Positions 9,025-17,501 of a stretch of 64,000 nucleotides of DNA are shown here, in pieces. The position numbers and the translations under genes were made by a program. The first letter of the stretch is position 1. Each line of letters opens with the position of its first letter. Under the pieces are notes generated by a model, which did no database searches, had not been told where the DNA came from, and worked only from the letters and a program-made list of their open reading frames with translations. The stretch is from Anaerolineae bacterium (lineage in GTDB: Bacteria; Chloroflexota; Anaerolineae; B4-G1; DUEL01), in contig JANXCY010000002.1 of assembly GCA_025060135.1 (NCBI GenBank), forward strand, positions 42,623 through 106,622, written 5' to 3'.

Positions 9025-9768
9025 GTGACCCTTCACCACCGCCCAACCCCTCCTTTCCAATCCATGCAACCGGTCATTGAAATTCGCGATTTCCACCTGA
9101 CCTACCCGGACGGGCGGGAGGCACTGCGGGGTGTCCACCTGACCCTGAGGGAGGGGGAAAAAGTGGGGCTGGTGGGGCCGAACGGCGCCGGGAAATCCAC
9201 CCTGATGCTGGCCCTGGTCGGCCTGCTGAAAGGCAGGGGGACGCTTCGCGTATTCGGGGAGGACCTGCACGACGGCAACGCGCGCCGTCTGCGGGCCCGA
9301 CTGGGTCTGGTCTTCCAGGACCCGGATGACCAGTTATTCTCCCCCACCGTCTTTGACGATGTAGCCTACGGGCCCCTCTACGCGGGACTGCCGGAAGCGG
9401 AAGTCCGCCAGAGGGTGGCTTTTGCTCTGAGCCAGGTGGGACTGGACGGGTTTGAGGAACGGCTCTCCCATCACCTGAGCGAGGGGGAGAAGAAACGGGC
9501 CGCCATCGCCACCGTCCTGGCGATGCGGCCCGAGGTGTTGCTGCTGGACGAGCCGTCGGCGGGGCTGGACCCGCGCGCCCGCCGACGGCTGATAGAAGTG
9601 TTGCGGTCTCTACCCCAGACGATGCTGGTCGCCACCCACGACCTGGGGCTGGTGGCGGAACTCTTGCCCCGAACGGTCATTATGGATGGCGGAGTCATTG
9701 TCGCCGATGGCCCCACGGCGGCCCTTCTGGCGGACCACGCTCTGCTGGAACGGCACGGATTAAGATGA
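9025..9768 (+). CDS. cbiO: ECF transporter ATPase component CbiO
   Basis: Walker A GPNGAGKST, signature LSEGEKKR, Walker B LLLDEPSAGLD. Likely start ATG 9064. Confidence 0.85.
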   Translation: MTLHHRPTPPFQSMQPVIEIRDFHLTYPDGREALRGVHLTLREGEKVGLVGPNGAGKSTLMLALVGLLKGRGTLRVFGEDLHDGNARRLRARLGLVFQDPDDQLFSPTVFDDVAYGPLYAGLPEAEVRQRVAFALSQVGLDGFEERLSHHLSEGEKKRAAIATVLAMRPEVLLLDEPSAGLDPRARRRLIEVLRSLPQTMLVATHDLGLVAELLPRTVIMDGGVIVADGPTAALLADHALLERHGLR

Positions 9769-10389
9769 GGCTGGACCCTGGCGATGGCTCCTCATAGCCG
9801 CCAGCACCAGAGCCAGTCCTGCCAGGAAGAGCACCCCGATCCAGAGCCAGTCCAGAAGACCGCCGAGGCCCAGTCCCAGGACCGCCGCGAACAGCACCAG
9901 GGCGATGGCTGGAACGTAGGCCCACGAACGACGGGTCAGCAGGGCCACCAGCAGAAATGTCAGGCCCAGACCCAGGAAGAAAATGCTGCCAGTATCCACA
10001 TCCTCCACCGATTCCGAGAGGCCCGCAACAGCCGCCAGAGTCAGCAGGACACCGCCGTTGAGGATAGCCCACCAGTGATAAGTGTTGGTCAGGTAGATAG
10101 CCCAGAAGGCCAGGCCAATGCTCCCCAGGAAGATGACCCCGTTCCACTCGCCCGGCAACAGTCTTGCGATGCTCAGCCCCAGCAGAAAGAATCCAGGGAT
10201 CGCCGCCCACCATTGGGCACGGGGATGGACGAAAAACAGGTAAAGGAAGGCTGCTCCTCCACTGAGACTCACCAGTCCCCAGAACAGGTCCACCCCCCAT
10301 GGGATCACCCCCACCCGCTCCAGCAATGTGAGGGCTCCCCAGATAATGAGCAACAGACCCACGATGATGCGCCAGTCTAAGCGTTTCAT
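9760..10389 (-). CDS. hypothetical polytopic membrane protein
   Basis: Internal start MKRLDW at 10389 is preceded by AGGAGG and avoids overlap with the next gene. Six or more predicted TM helices; no recognisable family. Confidence 0.5.
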   Translation of the reverse strand: MKRLDWRIIVGLLLIIWGALTLLERVGVIPWGVDLFWGLVSLSGGAAFLYLFFVHPRAQWWAAIPGFFLLGLSIARLLPGEWNGVIFLGSIGLAFWAIYLTNTYHWWAILNGGVLLTLAAVAGLSESVEDVDTGSIFFLGLGLTFLLVALLTRRSWAYVPAIALVLFAAVLGLGLGGLLDWLWIGVLFLAGLALVLAAMRSHRQGPASS

Positions 10390-10399
10390 CGATTCCTCC

Positions 10400-11197
10400 T
10401 CAGTGGATGTGGACGGAACCGATGCCCCCGCCCAGTTGAAGTTCCACCCGGTGCGCTGCCTGGTCGTAATTGGGTGATTGGTACAGCCCGCGGGCGACCG
10501 GCAGGAACCGGTTCGGGTCAATAGTCCGCGCGGTTAGGCCATCTTCCAGGCGGATTCGGGCAGCGATGCCCTCTGGAATCCGCACGCTCAGGACGGCCAC
10601 TCCGGCCTCCACGTCCAGTAGCGCGTTCGCCATCCGCGCCGGTGGAATCAGCGTGATGCTACTGGCACCGGCCTCCAGTTTGCAGTAAGTGACCGGCAGG
10701 TTCTGCAAGTCCAGCATGATCTGGCTGGCGACGCTCTCCATACTCAGAGTGAGCGGGACCTCATCGGTGAGGCGGAGCCGCCAGACTCCACTCTCCGGCC
10801 CGAGGACGGGCAGGAAAGAGAGGCCACATTCCACCTTCACGGCCAGACGGTCCCCTTCCAGATGGCTGGAAGCCTTCATGCCGATCCCCCGACTGGCCGT
10901 CAGCGCGGCACCCGGCGAGGCCCCACTGGTTACTTCTATCGGTCCGCCCCCATGCTCAATGTCCACGCTGACCTGTCGGGCACCCTGTAGGTCTACAGTG
11001 ATAGTCTCTTCCCCCACTACTGGCCTTGCAGGGACCAAGGCGCTGATCAGCAAGCCCGCTCCCGCCAGGAGGAGAAACCCGGGCCAGAACACTCCCAGCA
11101 CGTCGCGGGTAACCTCCAGAGCCCTGAGGAGAAAGCACAGGGCCAGCCAGATCAGGACGACCCCCCAGAATAGCAACCAGCGCTGAGGACTGGACAT
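10400..11197 (-). CDS. membrane protein with two N-terminal TM helices and a beta-rich extracytoplasmic domain (LiaF/DUF4097-like)
   Basis: Topology and repetitive beta-strand-like C-terminal domain. Family assignment is tentative. Confidence 0.45.
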   Translation of the reverse strand: MSSPQRWLLFWGVVLIWLALCFLLRALEVTRDVLGVFWPGFLLLAGAGLLISALVPARPVVGEETITVDLQGARQVSVDIEHGGGPIEVTSGASPGAALTASRGIGMKASSHLEGDRLAVKVECGLSFLPVLGPESGVWRLRLTDEVPLTLSMESVASQIMLDLQNLPVTYCKLEAGASSITLIPPARMANALLDVEAGVAVLSVRIPEGIAARIRLEDGLTARTIDPNRFLPVARGLYQSPNYDQAAHRVELQLGGGIGSVHIH

Positions 11198-11198
11198 C

Positions 11199-11726
11199 TC
11201 ACTCCTTTCGGGAGCGTGTCAGGCTCCGCACGATGAACCAGAGGCCCAGCAGGAAACAGAGACCGGCCAGCAGGTATTCCCGATAGGGACGCAGAATGAC
11301 CAGTCGGCCAAAGATAGCAGCGAAAACCACAAACAGCACGACGCTGATCACGATCAGGTTCAGGCCCTGGCGGACCGACGTGCGGAAATTCTGGCCGAGA
11401 ATGCCTGCCAGGATGTTCCCTGCCCCGACAAAGCCGGGGATTAAAGTCCAGGCATAGGCCCACGATTCCCAATCGTCCGTGATGTTCTGGTAGTAGAGGA
11501 TGCCGCCGATACCCGCAACGATGCAGGCCGGGACCGCCATGCCCGGCGCCCCGACCAGCAGCCCAATGAGGAGAATGATCCCTCCGGCAATGATGACCCA
11601 CATTGGCCAGTCCAAGGGCGGGACCAGGGCCCGCAGCGGGGGATAGAAGCGAAGCGCGGCCAGGAAGGCCGCTACCAGGATGAGGAATAGTCCCAGAGCC
11701 AGTTGAGTACGGGCGCGTCTTTCCAT
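11199..11726 (-). CDS. hypothetical small polytopic membrane protein
   Basis: Four or five TM segments. Abuts the previous two membrane-protein genes on the same strand. Confidence 0.45.
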   Translation of the reverse strand: MERRARTQLALGLFLILVAAFLAALRFYPPLRALVPPLDWPMWVIIAGGIILLIGLLVGAPGMAVPACIVAGIGGILYYQNITDDWESWAYAWTLIPGFVGAGNILAGILGQNFRTSVRQGLNLIVISVVLFVVFAAIFGRLVILRPYREYLLAGLCFLLGLWFIVRSLTRSRKE

Positions 11727-11776
11727 GAGATGATCTCCTTTCTGAGGATAAGCGATGGGATAAAGAAGGATTCCAT

Positions 11777-12622
11777 TTATTCTACGTTCTGTCCCCCCGA
11801 AAAGTCGCCGAGGTCGGATGATTCTGTGCCTTCTCCGGTAAACAGCGCGCGGGCGAAAATCAGGAAACCGGTATGGGCCACCATCCGGTCCTCCGGGCGG
11901 AAGCGGGCAGAGACGGCCTTATAGGGTCGCAGCAGAATCTCTTCTACCTCCACCAGTCCCCACTGGGGCGATTCCAACGCTTCCAGCAGGCGCGAGACCT
12001 GATTGGCCGTCGGGAGAAGAGAGCCCAGATATCCGCCATTCGTCAGCGCCGCGTGGGCCTGGGTCAGGTAATCCCAGGGATTGGGCAGGTCCAGGAACAG
12101 CGCGTCCACGCCGCTCTCGTCAAACCCCTCCGCGATATCGCGGGTCTTGAACTCCACCACACCCGCCAGGCCCAGCCGCTCCAGGTTACGGCGAGCCAGT
12201 TGCTGCATCTCCGGGCGAACCTCGTAGGAATACACCCGCCCATCCGGCCGGACGGCATGGGCCAGTACAGCGGTCAGCGCGCCACTGCCGCTTCCTGCTT
12301 CTACCACCCGGCACCCCGGTCCGATGTTCATCTTCAGCAGGATATACCCGGCCTCCTTGGGGTAGACGATCTGGGTGGTCCGCCGCAGGCGGAGAATCAG
12401 GTCGTGGAGCGATGGGCTCAGGAGCAGAAACGGTTGCCCGGTGTGCGAGAGCACCCGGCTCCCCCAGGGACGACCAATGAGGTCATCATGGGCCAAAACC
12501 CCCCGATGGGTGTGGACGCTCTGTCCTGGCTCCAGACGGACAATCTGCCCGCGACGGTCCGGACCCATCAGCAGAGCCAGGTCGCCTGCACGGGCCCATG
12601 CAACGGGTCTCCTGGCCATCAT
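11777..12622 (-). CDS. trmI: tRNA (adenine-N1)-methyltransferase TrmI (GCD14 family)
   Basis: GCD14/TrmI pattern: IVYPKEAGYIL, VVEAGSGSGALT, FLDLPNPW. Confidence 0.8.
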   Translation of the reverse strand: MMARRPVAWARAGDLALLMGPDRRGQIVRLEPGQSVHTHRGVLAHDDLIGRPWGSRVLSHTGQPFLLLSPSLHDLILRLRRTTQIVYPKEAGYILLKMNIGPGCRVVEAGSGSGALTAVLAHAVRPDGRVYSYEVRPEMQQLARRNLERLGLAGVVEFKTRDIAEGFDESGVDALFLDLPNPWDYLTQAHAALTNGGYLGSLLPTANQVSRLLEALESPQWGLVEVEEILLRPYKAVSARFRPEDRMVAHTGFLIFARALFTGEGTESSDLGDFSGGQNVE

Positions 12623-12825
12623 CCTCCGGCAATCAGATGAATGACCCGTACGTCGGCGCGGTCGGGGATCGGACGGGTGGGAAACTCCTCTTCGGGAATC
12701 ACCTCGCCGTTAATGGTAACCACGATCGCGGGGAATGTGTATCGGAACCGGCGGAGAAGTTCTGCCACCGTCAGCCCCGGCTCCCATTCTACCTCATCCC
12801 GATTGTTGACGCAAATGGTTCCCAT
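12619..12825 (-). CDS. ThiS/MoaD-family sulfur-carrier protein (C-terminal GG)
   Basis: 68-aa product MGTICVNNRDEVEW...VRVIHLIAGG; beta-grasp carrier signature ending in Gly-Gly. Start moved to the internal ATG at 12825. Confidence 0.65.
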   Translation of the reverse strand: MGTICVNNRDEVEWEPGLTVAELLRRFRYTFPAIVVTINGEVIPEEEFPTRPIPDRADVRVIHLIAGG

Positions 12826-13409
12826 AGTGCATCCAACCGATGAACACTGCTTATCCCCTATTTTACACCCATCTGGCCGACTTTGCATCTCGGGCCCTGA
12901 AGTAAGGAGGGGTGCGTCCCAACGGAGGGTGGAAAAATACGGCGAAGCCCTGGCGCAACGATGGCAGGCCGAAGCCGAGGCATTGGGGAAGAGCGGGGTG
13001 GAGGGGGAGGAGATTCCTCCTCCCCGGGAGGGACAGAAAGCGGAGATGGAGATCAGTCTGGACGAGGTTATGGTTTGGGTGGGTGACGACTGGCACGAGG
13101 TGAAGGTCAGGTGCTGTTTGGAATTTGGGCCGGAGGAATCAGGAGAAGGGGAGGCCGGACGGGTCGGATACCGGGCGACCTACGGGGAGGTGGAGGCATT
13201 CTGGCGAATGGAGAAAGGGCGAAGGATGAGGAAGGGATGAGGGCCGCCTTGTGGAGGGGCCAGGTTGCAAAGGTGGTGGAAGGGTGTGAAGCCGTTTTAG
13301 CGACCTGAGCGGAATGGAAGGAGAGGATTAGCCGGACAGCGGATTACTTGCGGGAGCGAGCGGAGCGGATGAAATATCCCGATTTTCGGGCGACGGGTTA
13401 TCCCATTGG

Positions 13410-13570
13410 GACGGTAGAAAGCGGGCGTAAAGGGATGGCCTGGCGGTGCAAAAATCGGGGGCAGCGATGGAAGAGCAGAGGTTGGTGGCGATTCTGGCGT
13501 TACGGATAAAGGAAAAGCAGGCGGCCGGTTTGGCATCTGGCCACTTCATGGTAAAATTTAATATAACGGT
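13410..13570 (+). promoter_or_regulatory. candidate cobalamin-riboswitch-like leader (weak) upstream of the AcsE-like gene
   Basis: Segments AGGGAUGG..GGUGCAAAAAUCGGGGGCAGCG, GGUGGCGAUUCUGGCGUUACGGA and GCCACUU resemble conserved blocks of cobalamin riboswitches. Alignment done by eye only. Confidence 0.3.
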
Positions 13571-13614
13571 CATTCAGAGGATGCCCGCTATCTTGCCCAG
13601 GAGGTTCGTAACTC

Positions 13615-14418
13615 ATGCTCATTATTGGAGAAAAGATTAACGGCACTTTGAAAAAAGTGGGACAGGCCGTCTTGGATCGGGATGGGGCTTTTATCCAGGA
13701 CCTGGCCAGGCGGCAAGCAGAGGCCGGGGCCGATTACATTGATGTCAACGCGGGGACTCCCGCTGCCCGTGAGCCGGAAGATCTGGTCTGGCTGGTGGAG
13801 ACCGTCCAGGCCGTTACAGAACTCCCCCTCTGCCTGGATAGTGCCAATCCGAAGGCGCTGGCGGCGGCGCTGGAACGGACGGCCCGTCCTCCTCTCATCA
13901 ATTCCATCAGCGGCGAAGAGTCCCGGTTGACCGAAATTCTTCCCCTCGTCCCGGGTCGCGCAGCCGGGGTGATTGCTATGCTGCTGGACGATACCGGCAT
14001 GCCTCAGGGAGTGGAGGACCGACTGCGGGTGGCACACCGCATTCTGGAACGCACCCGCGCAGCGGGCATCCCCGATGAGCAGGTCTATATAGACCCCCTG
14101 GTGATGGCGGTGGCCACCCAGCAGGATGGAGCACTGGTGGCGCTGAAGACGATGCGAACTCTGCGAGCTCAGTACCCGGATGTCCGGTTCAGTGTCGGAT
14201 TGAGCAACGTTTCCTTCGGACTGCCGGTGCGGACCCTGGTCAACCAGGCGTTTTTGACGTTGGCTCTCTACGAGGGGTTGGACGCAGCGATTATGGATCC
14301 CCTGGACCGAGGGGTGATGGGGATGTTACTGGCAGCGGAGGTGGTGCTGGGGCGAGACCGGTTCTGCCGGCGGTACGTGGGAGCGTACCGGTCCGGCCAT
14401 CTTGGTCGGCCTCAGTAG
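13615..14418 (+). CDS. methyltetrahydrofolate:corrinoid methyltransferase (AcsE/MtrH-like pterin-binding protein)
   Basis: MLIIGEKINGT..., ARRQAEAGADYIDVN, LCLDSANP, IDPLVM, GLSNVSFG match the AcsE/DHPS-fold pterin-binding family. 267 aa. Confidence 0.75.
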   Translation: MLIIGEKINGTLKKVGQAVLDRDGAFIQDLARRQAEAGADYIDVNAGTPAAREPEDLVWLVETVQAVTELPLCLDSANPKALAAALERTARPPLINSISGEESRLTEILPLVPGRAAGVIAMLLDDTGMPQGVEDRLRVAHRILERTRAAGIPDEQVYIDPLVMAVATQQDGALVALKTMRTLRAQYPDVRFSVGLSNVSFGLPVRTLVNQAFLTLALYEGLDAAIMDPLDRGVMGMLLAAEVVLGRDRFCRRYVGAYRSGHLGRPQ

Positions 14419-14445
14419 GCACTGCTCCGTTCGGGGCTTTGCGCA

Positions 14446-15144
14446 ATGAATGGGCCAAATGTTTCCATGCCTCGGGTGCTGGCTCTGATCCCGGCCTGGA
14501 ACGAGGCACCGAGAATCGGTCGGGTCGTGGAGGGCGCCCGGCGGTTTCTGCCGGTCCTGGTGGTGGACGACGGCTCCACTGACGGGACCGCTGACGTTGC
14601 TCGCGCGGCTGGCGCGATGGTGGTTCAGCACCCTCGCAATCAGGGCAAAGGCGCCGCGCTGAAAACAGGGTTCGCCTGGGCGCTGGAGCAGGGCTACGAC
14701 GCGGTTCTCACCCTGGATGCCGACGGGCAACATGACCCGGCGGAAATCCCCAAATTTCTGAACGCGCTGGAAGCAGGAGCCGGAGACATCATTATCGGAC
14801 GGCGACAGTTTCGCCGCATGCCCTGGCCGCGCTGGTGGTCCACTCCTCTGGGTACCCTTCTGCTTTCACTGGCTCTGGGCCACTACATTCCCGATAATCA
14901 AAGCGGCTATCGGTTGATTACCCGGCGAGCCTTGGAGACTCTCCGTCTGACCAGTACCGGCTTTGAGATGGAAGTGGAGATGATCGCCGAGGCGATCCGG
15001 CTGGGGTTATCTATTGGCTGGGTGCCTATTCGCACTATCTACGGTATTGGCAAATCCAGTTATTTTCATCCCATCCGGGATACTCTCCGGTTTCTGCGAA
15101 TGGTCTGGCGGATCGGTACCCGGCGCCGGGCCGCCTCTCTCTAA
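14446..15144 (+). CDS. family-2 glycosyltransferase (polyprenol-phosphate glycosyltransferase-like)
   Basis: LIPAWNE, VVDDGSTDGT, LDADGQHDP motifs of GT2. Confidence 0.8.
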   Translation: MNGPNVSMPRVLALIPAWNEAPRIGRVVEGARRFLPVLVVDDGSTDGTADVARAAGAMVVQHPRNQGKGAALKTGFAWALEQGYDAVLTLDADGQHDPAEIPKFLNALEAGAGDIIIGRRQFRRMPWPRWWSTPLGTLLLSLALGHYIPDNQSGYRLITRRALETLRLTSTGFEMEVEMIAEAIRLGLSIGWVPIRTIYGIGKSSYFHPIRDTLRFLRMVWRIGTRRRAASL

Positions 15145-15502
15145 GGAGAATCCTAGGACTTGCGCACTTGTGCAGTGAACTCTCAACGCCGATGGCATAT
15201 GGTCGGCGTCAAATAAACGCTGTCGTCGTCAGCAGAACTTGTCAGGCCAGTCTCCGGAACGTCGGGCCCGGTGGAACTCCAGAAGGCAATAGCCCTTCAG
15301 CGGGGAGAGCGTGGTCTCCCACCGACGGCGGACCCGATTGACGGTTCACCCAGAAAAGGTAAAAGTCGCCTTTACGAGACCTAACAGATGTATGTCCCAT
15401 TTCTGTCGGAATCGTCCTGGCCGGAGGCTCGGATGGAAAATCCGCTTCCCTGGGCACGGAGTGTCCCTGAAAATTGGGACATACCCAACAGAGGATTCGC
15501 TC

Positions 15503-15530
15503 TTGACAATCAGGATATCTTAAGTATAAT
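15503..15530 (+). promoter_or_regulatory. consensus sigma70-type promoter (TTGACA-16-TATAAT) directly upstream of tRNA-Met
   Basis: ttgaca atcaggatatcttaag tataat. The -10 ends 8 nt before the tRNA 5' end. Confidence 0.6.
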
Positions 15531-15538
15531 ATTCTTCA

Positions 15539-15610
15539 GGCGACGTAGCTCAACGGTAGAGCAGGGGACTCATAAGCCCTTGGTTGGGGGTTCGAATCCC
15601 TCCGTCGCCA
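15539..15610 (+). tRNA. tRNA-Met (anticodon CAU; elongator-type G1-C72; tRNA-Ile2/lysidine not excluded)
   Basis: Manual fold: acceptor GGCGACG/CGTCGCC, D-arm GCTC-AACGGTA-GAGC, anticodon loop CUCAUAA, T-arm GGGGG-TTCGAAT-CCCTC, discriminator A, no encoded CCA. Confidence 0.85.
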
Positions 15611-16298
15611 TCTGAGGTGATGGAGCGCAAGATGATGTGTACGATTCATCTTGCGCCCACATACCATACCCCGAAGGGCGCAGGAATAATAAGAGCCTTT
15701 GGGGTGTTGAGCCTCATAAAACCGTGCCGGGTAAAAGTCCTGAATTGGTGCCTCCCTCACCCCCTTGGATCCCCTCTCTGCCTCCTCGCTCCGCTTGGGG
15801 AAAGGGGGAGGAAGAACGGGGTTTTGCGGCGACCTCTGGACGCTGCAAAACCCCTTCTCTTTCCCCCTGAAGTTTGGCTTTTCAAGGGGGTGGCTGCAAA
15901 ATATCCGAAAACCGCCTTCATCGGGCTGAAAAGAATAAAGATAAAATATTTTTCGTTGCGGCGGCAAAGCCGTTGCAATGAAAACAATATTTTTTATTTA
16001 GTCGCGGGAGCGGCCACAGGCTATGCAGAAGCGCCGAAGGTAAAGAGACCAAAGTTGAGGGGGAGGGGTGAGGTGCCAATGATCCCAGGGATATACGGCC
16101 CCGAATGGCGGAGCCTCTCGGAAGCCCCAGCCCTTTCGCGGGTCGGATCCCGTGCTGTTGGATTCCTCTGCGATGCTGGCGGGAATGCCCTGGAAACATA
16201 TAATAGAAGAGCCTGCAGGAAGACCAGGACACCGCACCGGAGGTGGCCCAGGGGCTGTGGGGTGAGCGGCCAGCCTGTGCTCTAATACGGCTGACAGG

Positions 16299-17345
16299 AT
16301 GATGGCCCTTGTTTGTCCCGTTGATGCGCGCAACCCCGACCCCCAGCCTATCGCCGAGGCAGCGGCGATCATCCGGGCTGGGGGGTTGGTTGCTTTCCCC
16401 ACTGAGACGGTCTACGGCCTGGGCGCGGATGGCCTCAACCCCGCTGCTGTCGCCCGTATCTTTGCGGCGAAAGAGCGCCCTGCCACTGATCCTCTCATTC
16501 TCCACGTTGCTGAGCCGGAGGCTCTGTCCCTGCTGGTTCTGGAGGTGCCTCCCACCGCCATAGAACTGGCCCGCCGTTTCTGGCCCGGCCCTCTGACCCT
16601 GGTACTTCCCAAACGGCCCATCGTGCCGGACATCGTAACGGCGGGGTTGCCAACAGTGGCGGTACGGGTACCTGCGCATCCGGTCGCGCTGGCTCTCATC
16701 CGCGCCGCCGGGACCCCGATCGCCGCCCCCAGCGCCAACCGCTTCGGCCACACCAGTCCCACCACTGCCCAGCATGTCCAGGACGACCTGGGAGACCGGA
16801 TAGACCTGATTCTGGACGCTGGACCGACCTCCATCGGGGTGGAGTCCACTGTCCTGGACCTCACTCGTCCGGTGCCGACCATCCTGCGTCCGGGCGGACT
16901 GCCGCGCGAGACGCTGGAGGCCGTCCTGGGCCCGGTGGCCGTCCAGACCCGGGTAGCCGAAGGCCCACAGCCATCGCCAGGGCTTCTGCCCAAACACTAC
17001 GCGCCCCGGACGCCGATGATCCTCGTCGTTGGCCCGCCGCCGCAGATGCGTTCCGTTCTGCGGGAACTGGTCGCGCGTTACGCTGCCCAGGACCACCGTA
17101 TTGGCCTGCTCGTCGCCGAGGAGGACCGCGAGGCGATCGCTGATCTGCCGGTGGAGATGGTTGCCCTGGGGCCGGAAGGGGACCTGGAAAGGGTTGCCCG
17201 ACGGCTCTATGAGGGGCTACGGGAATTGGATGCCCGGGGGCTTTCCCTGATCATCGCCCGGGACTTCGGAGCGCACGGGCTGGGCCTGGCCATCCGGGAC
17301 CGCCTGACGCGGGCATCCGGAGGACAGGTGATCCCGGTGGGCTGA
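16299..17345 (+). CDS. tsaC: L-threonylcarbamoyladenylate synthase (Sua5/TsaC type with C-terminal Sua5 domain)
   Basis: YrdC-domain motifs (AFPTETVYGLGAD, AAKERP..DPLILH) and 348-aa length with C-terminal extension. Confidence 0.85.
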   Translation: MMALVCPVDARNPDPQPIAEAAAIIRAGGLVAFPTETVYGLGADGLNPAAVARIFAAKERPATDPLILHVAEPEALSLLVLEVPPTAIELARRFWPGPLTLVLPKRPIVPDIVTAGLPTVAVRVPAHPVALALIRAAGTPIAAPSANRFGHTSPTTAQHVQDDLGDRIDLILDAGPTSIGVESTVLDLTRPVPTILRPGGLPRETLEAVLGPVAVQTRVAEGPQPSPGLLPKHYAPRTPMILVVGPPPQMRSVLRELVARYAAQDHRIGLLVAEEDREAIADLPVEMVALGPEGDLERVARRLYEGLRELDARGLSLIIARDFGAHGLGLAIRDRLTRASGGQVIPVG

Positions 17346-17391
17346 GCGGGATCACCCGAAGAGACATAGGCTCAGTGCCCAATCCTGCAGA

Positions 17392-17501
17392 CTAAAGGCA
17401 CGGCACCGGTGCGTTGGGCGATGCGCCATTTTACGGTCCAGGCGGGGCTGTTCGCGAGGAAGGAACTAAAGGCACGGCACCGGTGCGTTGGGCGATGCGC
17501 C
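17392..17501 (+). repeat. two identical 36-bp direct repeats (ctaaaggcacggcaccggtgcgttgggcgatgcgcc) separated by a 38-bp unique spacer
   Basis: Copies at 17392-17427 and 17466-17501 read directly. Each contains the perfect palindrome gcaccggtgc. Confidence 0.7.

Noticed and set aside
12641-13240. 199-aa + strand ORF across the purine-rich tract
   Set aside because: Overlaps thiS on the opposite strand at its 5' end and has a Gly/Glu/Arg-rich low-complexity translation. A short internal segment (MVWVGDDWHEVKV...YRATYGEVEAFW) was considered as a gene remnant but cannot be supported.
13410-13570. Confident cobalamin riboswitch annotation
   Set aside because: Only partial block similarity by eye; the canonical GCCACUG B12-box is not in its expected place. 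Kept as a low-confidence candidate rather than an ncRNA call.
15388-15967. Track ORFs 15388..15615 (+) and 15536..15967 (-), and 15584..16285 (+)
   Set aside because: They overlap the tRNA-Met gene and/or its promoter; translations are low-complexity with no family resemblance.
17392-17501. CRISPR array call for the 36-bp repeat pair
   Set aside because: Only two repeat units, no cas genes in the flanks, repeat termini unlike known CRISPR families. Reported as a repeat or possible operator instead.
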